The notes under the pieces: model-generated
Seen by the model: the letters and a program-made list of their open reading frames with translations, nothing else
What the model was told of the DNA's origin: nothing
The model's database searches: none
Translations under genes and position numbers: made by a program
Virus record (IMG/VR): IMGVR_UViG_3300035686_000002
Coordinates: 87,713-151,712 of that record
Source: a virus
Taxonomy: Duplodnaviria; Caudoviricetes
Length of the DNA stretch: 64,000 nucleotides
Strand: one strand, 5' to 3'
Shown: positions 38,760 through 50,443 of the stretch, in pieces
Numbering within the stretch: position 1 is the stretch's first letter
How the letters are laid out: every line of letters begins with the position of its first letter

Positions 38760-39206
38760 ATGACTACCTCACAAAAAGAATTTGAGCCAAAAATTGAAGC
38801 TTTATCTCTCAATTCAATCGTGACGACTGACAGGTGTTGCATAAGAGTGACTGATATTCGCCCTGAAACCGTCACAGGTCAACTGCTAGACGATCAAAGT
38901 AACTTGGTTATTAAATACGGACACCCCGTTTATGTTGGCGTCCGCAAATCAGAAATTCTCTCTTTATCAGAACCCAAACCAGAACCAGAAAGTACAACAC
39001 TCTCCACAGTCGAAACCAATCTAATCCCCTTTCCCTCGCCCAAAAACTCCGAACCCCAGCCCGCAACACTACCACAGAGCAACAACGGCGACAGCTTCTA
39101 CTTGCAAAGTTACCGGGCATGGGTTAACAAGCTCGTGGCGCGGGGCGAGTACGGAAAGATTAAGAGCTATGAGGAATGGTATGCGATCGCCGTTGAGGTA
39201 ATGTAG
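38760..39206 (+). CDS. Hypothetical early protein
   Basis: 148 aa after promoter D. Confidence 0.7.
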   Translation: MTTSQKEFEPKIEALSLNSIVTTDRCCIRVTDIRPETVTGQLLDDQSNLVIKYGHPVYVGVRKSEILSLSEPKPEPESTTLSTVETNLIPFPSPKNSEPQPATLPQSNNGDSFYLQSYRAWVNKLVARGEYGKIKSYEEWYAIAVEVM

Positions 39207-39299
39207 CTAGAACTGCGGATCGCCTGCTAAAAGTCTAGTAAAATTAAGTCAGAATCCGATATCAATACCGGGGTTGTCGCTGAACCCCGGTTTTTCTGT

Positions 39300-39803
39300 T
39301 TTTTAAAAAGTTTAAAGCAGATACAGACGAGCATACTCGCACAGTTAGCCCCGGTCAAAAATTTGTTGCATTTTGATGCGGTATTGGTACCGGAATTGCT
39401 AGATGAAGCCTCTCGAATGCTGCCACCCTTGATGTACACTGAGACATCTCCTGCGTCTTTCTGAGCCATTCGAGAGGTGGAGATTGAGGTTGACGTGCTA
39501 CTACCTACCTGCATTAAATCGTCTACAGAGTGCTATCCAGTAGTCGAGCAAGTATGGGGACTGCTACATACTTTTTTACCTGATAGCGCCACCGGAGTGC
39601 TAGCAAACATGAGTTGGGAGTTGATGAATCAGGACACCCGATGGCTGGCAAAGTCTAACTATACGGTGGCGATATCTCCCTATGTGTTTGAGTTTCCCGA
39701 TCCGGATGACAAACTGGGTATTGAAGAGATTGTTATAACGCCGATCGCTTCCTCATTCTCAGTTTCAGATTCAAGTATTTCTCTCTCTTGTGATAAACTT
39801 TGA
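39300..39803 (+). pseudogene. Interrupted gene, possibly tail-terminator-like
   Basis: The frame is open from about 39300 (LKQIQTSILAQL..) with an in-frame TGA at 39462, then continues into ORF 39477..39803. Confidence 0.4.
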
Positions 39804-39904
39804 AAAGAAATAGTCAGGACGGTAAAAACGTCAGAACAAAACCCCTGACCGCGATATCAGGGGTTATTTTTTTATTTTCACAGTCAAATCTAGTATATCT
39901 TAAA

Positions 39905-40480
39905 ATGTTCTCAGCACAAACAAAACAGATTGTAGAAGCCTTTCAACTGCTGGAAGAAACAGATCCAAAATGGTTGCAGGCGATCGTAAACCGACCAACT
40001 GGTAGCCAGTGGGGACAAACGTTGAAAGACTGGACAGATATCGCTAATTTGCCGTGGCAACCTTTGCTGATTACTGATCGGATAAACGGATTGCATCTCC
40101 CGCAATGCGTCTACTATCACTATTTGAAGAATCATGATATTGAGCAACAACAGGGATTGACAGGGCTGCACCCCGACGCAACTGAAAATATTAAGCTTTT
40201 GTCAGAATTTGATGACTTTAGCTCAATCAGGATTGAGGAAGGGGCGCACGGATTAGAATTAGTGTCAGAAGAAGTGCAGTCGCACAAGACTGAGGAAGCT
40301 TGGTTAATCATCGGGCCGCAGCGCGGGAAAGACTACCCGCCAGAGATTGTGTGGACGGCTTATCCTGGAAGATTTGCTATTTGCGCCCCAGCCCATAAAC
40401 TGTGGGACGGTACGTTGAATTGTTTAAGTGCGATCGTAAGTACCAAAATTCCGGTTGCTGTCAAAGGAATCAACAACTAA
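39905..40480 (+). CDS. Hypothetical protein
   Basis: WLIIGP..VWTAYPG motif; start moved to the ATG at 39905. Confidence 0.7.
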   Translation: MFSAQTKQIVEAFQLLEETDPKWLQAIVNRPTGSQWGQTLKDWTDIANLPWQPLLITDRINGLHLPQCVYYHYLKNHDIEQQQGLTGLHPDATENIKLLSEFDDFSSIRIEEGAHGLELVSEEVQSHKTEEAWLIIGPQRGKDYPPEIVWTAYPGRFAICAPAHKLWDGTLNCLSAIVSTKIPVAVKGINN

Positions 40481-40589
40481 AATTGCAACAAAGAATCTAA
40501 GATTTTATTGGATAAGCACTGAAAAATTCTTGAGCAGAGTTAGTTTTTAATAGACTTTTTTGAGAATTCTCTAGCTATTCTCTAAAACA

Positions 40590-43500
40590 CTACCGCCAAC
40601 CAAAAATATCTTTTATTCTACCCAAAGGTTCTAGCAAACCATTTCCTAGTTTTTGGTAAACAACCCAATCTCCGTACAGGTCAACCATTGACCAATAACC
40701 ACTGATACTTTCTTTTTCTATAAAATCATCAAATGCTTCTTTCAATTTGCTGTAAAAAGCATAAGATCTACTGAATCCCGAAGAAACAAATACTAGCTTC
40801 TTACTCTCTTCCATATTGTTCTCAACTATAAACCTATTCAAATCTTCTACTGTTTTATTGTTCAAATCTTCCCAATTTATCTTGGTCATTATTTTTACCA
40901 GTTAATTTTATTTCAAACTATCTTTCTTTAGCCTTGTAACAAGCTGTATGATAAGCTGCTTCACACCTTTAGACCTGTACTTTGGATTATAGCTGGTTTT
41001 AGAGGAAGTAAGACTGCACAAAACTTAGGAAACTTGGTTGATTATCAGACCACACCGCAGGAACAACTATTCGTTGAGGCTTGCGTGGACTGCTTATTTT
41101 TAGAGAATTATTAGCACTGTTATTAAGTATCCAATCTCTTTGGTACGACTCTAAAACGGTACTTTGGTTCGACCAATCACCGCTCCTATTGTGTTTATTA
41201 ATGTGTTGCTGCTTTTTAAGAAATCGGAATTCAGATTTTGTTAGTTTCATTTTGTTTTTTACTTATCGTAATAATTGTCATATTCGCACAGAAAAATGAA
41301 CTGTAATTTTTCAGAGTGTTATAGTTCAAGGTAATCAATGCTTACTCCCAAAAAAGTCAGCTTCCAAGCTGTTTTGTAAACTCGTTCAGGATCGCACTCA
41401 TTAGAACCCTCAATTTTAAAAATAAAAATCCATTCAGAAAGTCTGTAAAAATGTATCGCTAAATTAAAAATGTCATTATTAAGGTAATGTCCTGTAGCGA
41501 CAAAAGAGCTAACATATTTACCCTGGGTTAAACGAGGTAGATATAAATCAATAATTGTGTATTGCAACATGATTTTACTACGCAAAAAATTGGTCTCTGA
41601 GCAATCTGTCATAAGTTCTTTATTTGTCGTCATCTTCATACAGGAAGATAGACTCTAACTTTTGCCTTTGCTCCTCAATGCTAGAATTAGTATCATTGCC
41701 AGAATCAACAGGTCTATCGACATCTTTTATCGTTTCCTTATTATTTTCAGTCTCTACATTCTCAAATCCTGTTAGTTTAACTTTCTTCTTGTTTCTGGCG
41801 TCTTGAATTTTAGCTATTTCTTCCCTTTTTAGTCGTCGCTTCTCTGCTTCGTCTTTCTTCTGTTTCGCCAGTTGGGCTAATTCTTCTGCGGTTGTTTTCT
41901 TATGCTTCAACCACAGAGGAAGATCGATAAAACACTCATCGCACCAACTGTCAAAAATAGAAGGGATTAAACCAAGCTCAGACTTCCTCTCTTGATAGCA
42001 AACGACACAAAGATAGTTTAAATTTATGGACTGTTTATGCGGCTGACTACGCCATCTGTTAAACCGCATTCTAGCTCGGATTTCTCTCAGTTTTTGTTTT
42101 GTTTTTAGCATGACTTTTAACGCTCAATTAGAGCGCCAATTGCTCTAATCGGTTAGCTTCAAAATATGCCAATAGGTCTTAATTAATTTTCTATGATTTC
42201 TTAACACCTCTTCCCAATATATCTGACGGGTTCCTTTTCTGTATTTGAGGAATTCCCGTGCGCCAGAAAGTTTCTTGAAATTAGAAAGTAGAATACATTC
42301 TAACTCTTTCTTATCTTGTATTTCCATCCAATTTCCAACTTGATTAACAATGTAGAGGTTGACAGCCTCTTTCATTTTATCTATCGCTTCTGTAGTGATA
42401 TCGACTGGCTCAGGAGTTGATATCTTTAACCAGTGGCATAGCGATACTAGAAAGTCTATTTCTCGATTGTCTTGTTGACGTATAAACTTAGTAGGAATCG
42501 TTAAAAAGATCGGTTCGGGCGTGTCATAGTCAAAATTTAACGGCTCCCAAAGAGCGTTAGTGTCTAACCCCAGTAAATCAAATGTGCTGTTGCTCATATT
42601 GCCTCGCTTTTGCTTCTAAACTTTCTATATGTTTGTACACGTCAACCATTAATGTCAAAAAGAGACTAATCCTTCCTTTATTCTTTAGCAGCAGACTGAC
42701 TTTCTACAGGTACAAGCTTTGATTGATAAACAGCCCCACCGAAAATACCGTTAGGGTATTGAGCTTCGATAACCAAAAAACTATCTTCTAATTGGTCATC
42801 GGTATAGAACACTCGATAATACCTGTTCAACAGATTCCCGGAACCAAAAGCCCATTTACGGATTTTAATTTTCACAGAAGTATAGTGTCTCTGGTGTTGG
42901 TAAATCGCACCTACAACTAAAGGATTTCCATTTGCATCCAAAACCGGACAAACTTCGTCGCGCATGATTGAACCCAACTCAATCGCCCTATCGAATGCTT
43001 CTGCTGTCGCTGCATCGGGATTCGTTAAAAATAAACGCGCCCGTATTTCGTTAAAGTCTTCCATTTTAACCTCCGTTACAAATTTTCTCAACATACTCCC
43101 AAGTAATTGGTTGAGGAATTCGTATCTATTTTTTTCGAGATAACGATCGCCCTCAATCTCTCTAACAATTTCCGCTCGATAGCGACCTAAAAATTTTTCG
43201 CATTCTCCATTAGGAAAATCCCACCAAGCTTGACCGCCAGCCTCGCGACACTGAACTAATCCGCAATCAATAATTCGCCGCCAGCAATTTGTGTACACGT
43301 ATCGGGACGGGTGGCAAAAGTGATCGTCTAAAACAAATTTCCCTAAATCTGATTGTTTTTTTGTTGGAAATATTTGATTTCAACCAGACATTCTCTTGAC
43401 ATTTTGCTGTTTTTATCTTTCATGTTGACTTGTCTCCGACGCAATTAGTATTACCTTTTGTTAGCAAGTAGTGCTATTTAAAAGCGGCTCGAATTCTACC

Positions 43501-44212
43501 TTGCAGCGTAAGCACAACCGTTTGCAACCATTGCTCGGTTTGTTCTTCAGTCGGATCGGAAATCTTTTTGAATGTTTTGTGGTAGGCATCTTGCAATTCT
43601 TCCGACGTAATTAAAATTACTTCTTGCTCGAATCCGTCAGCGGGTTCCCTCGGGTGCAAAACATCAACAAATGCCTCAGACTCAAGAGTGATAGTAGTGT
43701 CACCTTGTTTGACAATAACTACAACACCCCATATTTCGCAACACCTTAGCGCGTGAAACATAGCCTCTCTAAGTGTCTGCGGCTTTAGATTTTCTGGCTT
43801 GTCGGGCGTTTCTCTGTCTGGCGTTTTTGGCAAGCTTGTTGTGTCGTTCATATCTAACATTTTCCTTTTTTCGTATTATTTGTTGAACTGAGATGCACCC
43901 GACAAATTAAGAACCGAAAAGACTCGTTATCACCGCCTCGACAAAATCGCCGACAACCTCAGCAATCGAGTTTGTGTTGCTGTTTTTCGGGTTTTCTAGG
44001 GGGTTGTATTGAGGGTTGTTGCTGTCTTGATTTGGGTTTACTCTGATCGCGATATTGCGACGGGAGCCATGAGGATTGCTAGGTTGCTCAAATTTCGGAT
44101 TGGCAACTTGTCGCTCAGGCACAGACTGAGAGTTTCCGCGACGGCAGTCGCTTTTATTGATTCTGAACTGGGAGTCTTTACGTGACATTTGATTATTTAT
44201 CCTTTTTGGCAT
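40590..44212 (-). other. Run of small minus-strand hypothetical genes (40590-40889, 40999-41250, 41319-41570, 41620-42111, 42145-42597, 42678-43298, 43474-43860, 43907-44212)
   Basis: Closely spaced, co-oriented ORFs with TTGACA promoters. 41620..42111 has CxxC..CxxC. The 42678 gene has an in-frame TGA near its probable start at 43391. Confidence 0.6.
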
Positions 44213-44301
44213 CAGTTTAGTTGATAGGAATGCAGCTTTTTCTGATCAAGCATTTTGCCGAGAGGCTGCACCCTTATACGGTAGCGACTCTAGTTAATTC
44301 A

Positions 44302-45003
44302 TTAAACCAATAATTGCAACCTGCTAAAAGATTTTCCTGTTATTTTTTCTTTGCCTTTTGAGTCTACAATTTTTGTGTTCCACGTATCCTTAATTAAACT
44401 CCATCCATTAGGAAGACGGTACAAGACAAACTCTTCACGCTCGCCTTCGGCTATAAAGCCCCATGACTTAAGTGTTTCTAGATTGCAAGACGCAGGAATA
44501 GGAACAAGGTTTTTGTCTATTCCAAATAATTTCCATTCTGACTCAAGTACACAGTATCTAAAATCGTATTTTTCGACAAGCTCTTGACTGTTTAAAACAC
44601 GAATTCCGACAATATAACCCAAATCATTTCTGAGATGCCTAGTATTGAGTACACTCCTATATTCCGTGTCACAAGGAGTGTTGTATTTGACAAAGCATTC
44701 TACTATTATCTCTCCCCTATAATAAGAAAAGTTGCCATTAGGAGTAGAGATGATTTCTGATGTTGGCAACAAATCTTGTAGTTGTAATTCAAATTTTTTA
44801 GAAATATATTTTTCCCAAAAATTTGATACAAGACTGATGCCCCTGTAAAGTTCTCCACAAGAAGACAAAACGTAATAACTATTCCAGTAGCGATCTCCTT
44901 CTGCTATACAGGGATTTCCTACTATTTTGCGATCGCTTTTATCAAAAAAGAAATCTTCTGGATATAGTTTGCTATTGTACTCCCACATGAAAGATGCAGT
45001 CAT
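44302..45003 (-). CDS. Phage hypothetical protein
   Basis: AAGGAG RBS; C-terminal LPNGW..IVDSKG motif. Confidence 0.7.
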   Translation of the reverse strand: MTASFMWEYNSKLYPEDFFFDKSDRKIVGNPCIAEGDRYWNSYYVLSSCGELYRGISLVSNFWEKYISKKFELQLQDLLPTSEIISTPNGNFSYYRGEIIVECFVKYNTPCDTEYRSVLNTRHLRNDLGYIVGIRVLNSQELVEKYDFRYCVLESEWKLFGIDKNLVPIPASCNLETLKSWGFIAEGEREEFVLYRLPNGWSLIKDTWNTKIVDSKGKEKITGKSFSRLQLLV

Positions 45004-45060
45004 GTTAACTCCTTATTTGCTCGATCCTTTTTATAGTTTGACATACATCAAGCATTGATG

Positions 45061-45702
45061 TCAATAGGAAGCCAAGATTTTCTTTGTAGTTGTCTTGCAC
45101 GTCTTACGGGTAGAAGATTCTGGCGCTTTTGGTATTAGTTCAACAGGCAAAGAATAAATCTTGAGTTCAGTGCGGATGACCTGCGGGTTCTTTTTTGTTG
45201 ACTTGGGCAGAGCATGGAACCGCGCATATATGAGGGGGACGCGCTGCACGTTGTCATCTTGCAGGCACCAACCTTTAAAGGCGAGAACGTCAAGAATACT
45301 CCCGATCGCGTTATCGAGGTCGCTGTTCCCCCGAAGGCTGCCGTAAAAAATTACAAAGATGGCGATTGGATGATCTTTGTCGAACGGCAATAAATCGGCT
45401 GGAACTTTTCCTGCTGCACGCAATTTTAATCGGATCGCTTCCGTGATTTCTCTACTTGCCACCTCCCTCCACTGGGTATAAGTTGGCGGAAAGAAAGTGG
45501 CATTTTTTGTCACTCTCGGGCGGGACTTAGGTACTACCTTGTCAGACAGAATACAATCAAATATAGCTTTTGTTTTTTCTGATTGAGTCAAGTTGCACTC
45601 ACAACAGAGAAAATTCTCATAGGGTATCAACTGAGCGGCTAGATATCCTTTTGAAATTAAGCTATTTTCTCGAAGGCGTCCGCAATTTACGCAATAGTTC
45701 AT
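45061..45702 (-). CDS. RusA-like Holliday junction resolvase with N-terminal Zn finger
   Basis: PKSRPRV, SDLDNAIGSILDVL and LQDD motifs; CxxC..CxxC at the N-terminus. Confidence 0.8.
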   Translation of the reverse strand: MNYCVNCGRLRENSLISKGYLAAQLIPYENFLCCECNLTQSEKTKAIFDCILSDKVVPKSRPRVTKNATFFPPTYTQWREVASREITEAIRLKLRAAGKVPADLLPFDKDHPIAIFVIFYGSLRGNSDLDNAIGSILDVLAFKGWCLQDDNVQRVPLIYARFHALPKSTKKNPQVIRTELKIYSLPVELIPKAPESSTRKTCKTTTKKILASY

Positions 45703-45895
45703 TTTATTCACTCCATATTTACAAGTTTTTACATCAAAATTGCATTTGAGCATCCAAACGCATTTTACAAATGGCGCTCCCATCAGTACAACCGGAGCGC
45801 TAAAAGTTTTATTATCTTATGGATAATTACACCGGGTGTAAATTTGGCACAAGCTGAGGGATATTTCCGTATTCTTGCCCCCTCAACAAGAGTTG

Positions 45896-46180
45896 TCAAA
45901 TGTCTTGTTCCCAATAAGCCAAGCTTTTCCTTCGTTGTTCAGCGTCTAGCTCAACTTGGTCAAGACCTGCCTGAATTGTTCCGGCAATTTTAAGCAAAGT
46001 TTCTAGGTCACAGCCCCCTGTTTGAGCTTCTAGATACCGCTTAATCTGTTTGTAATCCTCGGATAAAGACAAGTCCAAAAGAAAGTCTTTGATATATTCA
46101 AACTGACTCTTGACCTGCTCAGATGCCTCCTGTTCTCGTTCAGCTACTTGATATTCATCGATAAAATTCTCAGTTGTCAT
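45896..46180 (-). CDS. Hypothetical protein
   Basis: AGGAG RBS before MTTENF. Confidence 0.6.
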   Translation of the reverse strand: MTTENFIDEYQVAEREQEASEQVKSQFEYIKDFLLDLSLSEDYKQIKRYLEAQTGGCDLETLLKIAGTIQAGLDQVELDAEQRRKSLAYWEQDI

Positions 46181-46244
46181 TTTTGGTTCTCCTATAGGTC
46201 TAAATTTTGCTCCGTAAAGGCGTAGCATGACAATTAAACCACAG

Positions 46245-46469
46245 CTAAATAGACTGAGCGATTTGATAGGCTTCTTGATAAAGCGGATCATTACTGTTTG
46301 GCTGCTGACTTTCTTTTTGATCGCTGACAGCTAAAACTACCTTGACATACTGAATCTCAATTTCAGAAGGTAGTTCGTCATTTTGACGGTAATAGTTGGA
46401 AAGAGTCTGGAAAAAGGTAGGGAGATCAGCTTCATATTTGAGAAACCGAACTAATTCTTGTAAGCTCAT
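46245..46469 (-). CDS. Hypothetical protein
   Basis: 74 aa behind a minus-strand TTGACA at about 46524. Confidence 0.55.
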   Translation of the reverse strand: MSLQELVRFLKYEADLPTFFQTLSNYYRQNDELPSEIEIQYVKVVLAVSDQKESQQPNSNDPLYQEAYQIAQSI

Positions 46470-46742
46470 AGCACAAAAAACAACAACTTTCCATATAGTC
46501 GCACGTATAAACCTTTTATGTCAAGCTAGTTAAAAAAATTTTTAGAGGCGGAAGGGCAGGCAGCAAAAGCCAACAGAAAAGCAATGGGCGCTAACTGTCT
46601 GAGAGCCATCGAGCTAGAAATGAGGCAAGCAATGGTAAGGCTCTTTCTAGTCGTTGAGTCAGCATAGGTTGCCAAGCTGAGTGTTCTATCATCCCGGCAA
46701 AAATCTAACCGCCCGTGAGACCGGTTTTCCTGGGGATGCAAA

Positions 46743-46900
46743 GCGAAACAGAATTAGCGTCTTCTTACTGCTGAGTTTGTCACTCAGATTTTTATATTCT
46801 ATAATCCTTTTGCGTAACAAACTCATCTATTATGACTTCGCATCTATAATTGTTTTGTCTGTTGAGACTGCTTAAATTTTACTAATAAAATTTATTCAAT
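46743..46900 (+). repeat. Dispersed element, copy 9 (3' part decayed)
   Basis: GCGAAAC..CTGAGTTTGTCACTCA..TATAAT..GTAACAAACTCATCTAT..CTGTTGAGACTG. Confidence 0.9.
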
Positions 46901-46992
46901 AAAAATTAAAGACTTTTTCTTTACCGCTTCCCTTGACACCTCCCTGACGACCGCTTAAACTGTAGAGGCAGATATAAACGGTTTGCGTAAAT

Positions 46993-48165
46993 ATGATAAA
47001 AATATCAGAAATAAGAGCGGATTTAGACTCGCTCTTGGCAAGTCAGGTGAAAAAGGCGGGTACTACAGATCCGCTGTTGATGGGCGTAATGGTGAACAGA
47101 CAGGGGGAACTCTGCACTCTAACAACGTTTGACGGCATATCGTCAACTACTATCACGGAGAGAGACTGGGGGCAGTCAATCCCGGAAGGAGGGTTTGTAC
47201 TCCCAGCAGCTTTTGCCAATCTGATCCGGACATTGGACAAAGAGGCAGAGGTAACAATTGAAAAAGTTAAAACGGGACAGGTACAGGTCAAACAAGGATC
47301 GTCAAAATGGCGGTTTCCGATGTCTCTACAGACAGAAAGCTTCTATCCGATGGGTGAGGAAATTCTCTCGAATCGGGTTGCTTGTACCTCGATTCAGTTT
47401 GAAAGCGATCTGTTGAGAGAGGCAATTCTCAACGTCTTTCCCTCGATCGGCAAAGAATACACGGCGCTTTGTTGCGCTCAGTTCATCATCAAACCAAAGG
47501 TGGGGGAATTGATAGCCATAGCAAACGACGGAAAACGTTCGACAGCTTGGAAGGCTGTAGCTGTAAACGTCAAATATCCCGATCTACCCCTCCCGGAATA
47601 TCAATTCATTTTACCGGGTACGAAACTACTAGCTCTTGCCAAATTTCTCAAGGATACCGAAAAAGTTGAAGTTCATTTTACCGATTCCCTCGCTATTTTT
47701 GAGAATGTCGAAACAAAAACCTCAGTCACAATTCGATTGTTGGACGGGAAAGAGTATCCTCAGGTTTTAAAGTTGTTTACCATCCCTTTTGTAACAGGGT
47801 ATAGTCTAGCGCCGAAAGAGTTCCTAACCTGCCTAAAACGAATCAAGATTCTTTTACCTGAGAATAAATTGGGCGCAATTAATCCTGTCGATCTAAGATT
47901 TGAGAATGACAGGGTTAAAATTACGAACAAATCTGATTTGTTCACTGAAATTTTGACTTGCAAAAATCTAGAGATTGAAGGGGTAGAAAATCCATCGGTG
48001 TTTGAGAGTAGGCTAAACTTTGAGTACATTAACGGAGCATTGTCTATCCTAACAGGGAAAGAATGCGACATGAAACTACACTCAAACATAGTTTCAGTTG
48101 CTTCGACTACATTGATGGGGTCTGTGACTCATTTTATTGCCACAGTTGCAAGGGAAGAAAACTAA
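46993..48165 (+). CDS. dnaN: DNA polymerase III beta sliding clamp homologue (divergent)
   Basis: 390 aa; AIANDGKRST (cf. ATDGHRL), RLLDGKEYP and LNFEYINGAL; own promoter TTGACA-N17-TAAACT at 46933. Confidence 0.8.
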   Translation: MIKISEIRADLDSLLASQVKKAGTTDPLLMGVMVNRQGELCTLTTFDGISSTTITERDWGQSIPEGGFVLPAAFANLIRTLDKEAEVTIEKVKTGQVQVKQGSSKWRFPMSLQTESFYPMGEEILSNRVACTSIQFESDLLREAILNVFPSIGKEYTALCCAQFIIKPKVGELIAIANDGKRSTAWKAVAVNVKYPDLPLPEYQFILPGTKLLALAKFLKDTEKVEVHFTDSLAIFENVETKTSVTIRLLDGKEYPQVLKLFTIPFVTGYSLAPKEFLTCLKRIKILLPENKLGAINPVDLRFENDRVKITNKSDLFTEILTCKNLEIEGVENPSVFESRLNFEYINGALSILTGKECDMKLHSNIVSVASTTLMGSVTHFIATVAREEN

Positions 48166-48175
48166 GAAAAGCAAA

Positions 48176-48751
48176 ATGAGCAAAGATAAGTATGATTCAG
48201 AAATTGAATTCAATCGATTAATGGCAAGGAATAAACATCTAGAAAAGATGGTTAGATGGTATAAGCCAGCGGAAGAATGGGAAGACCTAAAAGAAGGGGA
48301 CGCGGTAATAATTGACAACAGCGACAGCCTGCACGACGGAATGAGGGGCAAGTTTTTAGCACACGACTGGGCTATATCGGGTTATGTTCGTTTAGTCGTG
48401 GCATTTCCAGACGGCAAACACTGCTATTACTTGCCGACTCAGGTTGTAAAGGTTTATGAAGAGGAACAGATTGAACCAACACCCCTCCCTGTACCAGAAC
48501 CGCCTGCACCGAAAGAACCATCTGTACCAGAACCGCAGCCTGAACCAGAAAGAAAAGGCATTGACTTCTCAAAATACACTCCCGAGAAATTAGAAACAGC
48601 GAATGAAAGAATTATTGAGGCAAAACTGCAACAGGTTGCGAAGATACCTAAGATTGCCGCCAGAAAGAAAGTCCTGTCTAGTACCCTAGACGCGGGTTTA
48701 GTGCCTAGGGCGCTCGAACTCGCCAAAGAGAGGGGCATTATCCCAACTTAA
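48176..48751 (+). CDS. KOW-like domain protein with a Pro-rich linker
   Basis: LKEGDAVII..HDGMRGK; terminator at 48777-48805. Confidence 0.6.
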   Translation: MSKDKYDSEIEFNRLMARNKHLEKMVRWYKPAEEWEDLKEGDAVIIDNSDSLHDGMRGKFLAHDWAISGYVRLVVAFPDGKHCYYLPTQVVKVYEEEQIEPTPLPVPEPPAPKEPSVPEPQPEPERKGIDFSKYTPEKLETANERIIEAKLQQVAKIPKIAARKKVLSSTLDAGLVPRALELAKERGIIPT

Positions 48752-48812
48752 CCGCTAAATTTCTCAAGATACGTTCGGACGGGTTTTAAACTCGTCCTTT
48801 TTTTTGTCTGAA

Positions 48813-49000
48813 GCGAAACATCGTTTTGATTGTCTTTATAGATGAGTCTGTCACTCAGTTTTTTATATTCTATATACTTTTTAATTGACAAACTCATCCA
48901 TTACGTTCTCGATCCTATATACCTTCTGACTGTAGAGTTTGCTTAGGTTTTGTTTTTAGAATTTTCTCGAGGAAAATCTGACAAATGGATAGATATCAGG
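48813..49000 (+). repeat. Dispersed element, copy 10
   Basis: GCGAAAC..ATAGATGAGTCTGTCACTCA..TTGACAAACTCATCCAT..CTGTAGAGTTTG. Confidence 0.9.
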
Positions 49001-49406
49001 CAAACAGCCTGCGAACTCAAGTATAAAAAGAGTCGGTAAAACAAACAATCGCTCGCCTTTCCGCTCAACCGCCCAAGATTCGGCAAAATAAAATATATAA
49101 CGGGTTGACATCAACTGTTTAGCGTGTTATTTTGTAAAAAGTTCGTCAAAAAGAAGGAATTTGAAAGAGTCAAAAGACTTTTGATGACCCAGTAATGGGT
49201 TCTGAGAGGTGTAAAATCACAAACCAGAAAGAAGTGCTTTGATTCTGGCAAATGCCAGATAAGCGATAGAACTAAAAATTCAAGAACTATTTTTGTCAAA
49301 CACCAACATCGATTAAACACGATGCGAGAGGTACTCACAGTACAAACCGGGGCAAAAAGAACTCTTACAAGCAACCAAAATCACCAGCAGAGGCGTATGG
49401 GCTTAA

Positions 49407-49922
49407 ATGGCTAGTGCAACAAAAGAAAAGAAAACAGTTAAGCGAGGTAGAAAAAAAACAACCGAAAAACGGAAATTAGTTGACGAAATCATAGGATTGG
49501 AACCCAAAAAACGGGGTAGAAAGCCCAAAGCGGAACTAGACGTTAAACCCATCAACCGAGGGGTAAAAAAGGTCAATTTGGGACACAGAGCCGCTTTGGC
49601 TCGACAACTAAATATCTCGACTCAAACCTTATACAACAGGGAAGCAGTTTTTGACAAGTGCTTGCCCGAATATTTTTCGGGGCTTTCATACTTGCCGAGG
49701 AGGGGGGGTGCGTTGAAAGTCATTCCCGATCTGACCCCTTACCAGCAATTTTGTCATTACCAGCTTGAAGCCTTAAAACAGGGTTTGGGAGTGAAAGACT
49801 GCACTCCGACAGAGATGGTAATAAAAAACAACTTAGACCATTTTGACATCGACCTGTTCAATAGGCAGCGGCAGTTAACTGTCGATGTTGACGTTGAATC
49901 AAGCTCAATCGAAACGGCCTAA
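49407..49922 (+). CDS. AT-hook-like plus HTH DNA-binding protein
   Basis: KRGRKK and KKRGRKPK; RAALARQLNISTQTLYNRE. Confidence 0.7.
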   Translation: MASATKEKKTVKRGRKKTTEKRKLVDEIIGLEPKKRGRKPKAELDVKPINRGVKKVNLGHRAALARQLNISTQTLYNREAVFDKCLPEYFSGLSYLPRRGGALKVIPDLTPYQQFCHYQLEALKQGLGVKDCTPTEMVIKNNLDHFDIDLFNRQRQLTVDVDVESSSIETA

Positions 49923-49957
49923 TCAGATAATCAACCTAAAAAAGAGAGAGTTTTGCA

Positions 49958-50443
49958 ATGTACGAAAATTTAAAATCCCTGTCTGGGACTGAAAACGGCA
50001 GCAGCGAGCCGACAGAGCAGCGAGCAACAAGTTCAGAAACTAAGCCAAAAAGAGGGCGCAGGAAAGCCAATCCTGATACAGCTATCGCAAAAAGCGAGGG
50101 GCATAAGCTCGCAAACGAGCAAAAAATCGAAGCAGCAGAATTTGTCTCGGACTTGGAGAAGCAAGAGCAAATTCTGACGGCTGCTAGAGGCTATCAAAAA
50201 GGTCAAAATTTAGCCCAGATTGAAGACGCGGCGAGAGTTGCCGGAATTGTTGACACGTTGACAGAGCAAAGTCTGACTCGGATTGCAGCTTTGAGACTTT
50301 CTCTTCAGGATGGACTAACAAATCACGATCCGCTTGCTGTTTTGGACGAACTCGGTTTACGGAGAACGGGACAAGAAACGGCAGATTTGAGAGAAAAGAT
50401 TGCTCAGTACAAACAGGAAGATCCAACAGTTTTTTTGCTCTAG
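49958..50443 (+). CDS. Helical protein with a KRGRRK motif; possible -1 frameshift extension to 50622
   Basis: Ends GTT TTT TTG CTC TAG. Confidence 0.7.
   Translation: MYENLKSLSGTENGSSEPTEQRATSSETKPKRGRRKANPDTAIAKSEGHKLANEQKIEAAEFVSDLEKQEQILTAARGYQKGQNLAQIEDAARVAGIVDTLTEQSLTRIAALRLSLQDGLTNHDPLAVLDELGLRRTGQETADLREKIAQYKQEDPTVFLL

Noticed and set aside
49105-49406. 300-nt leader between the promoter at 49105 and the AT-hook gene as an ncRNA or riboswitch
   Set aside because: I could not see a convincing structure or known motif.
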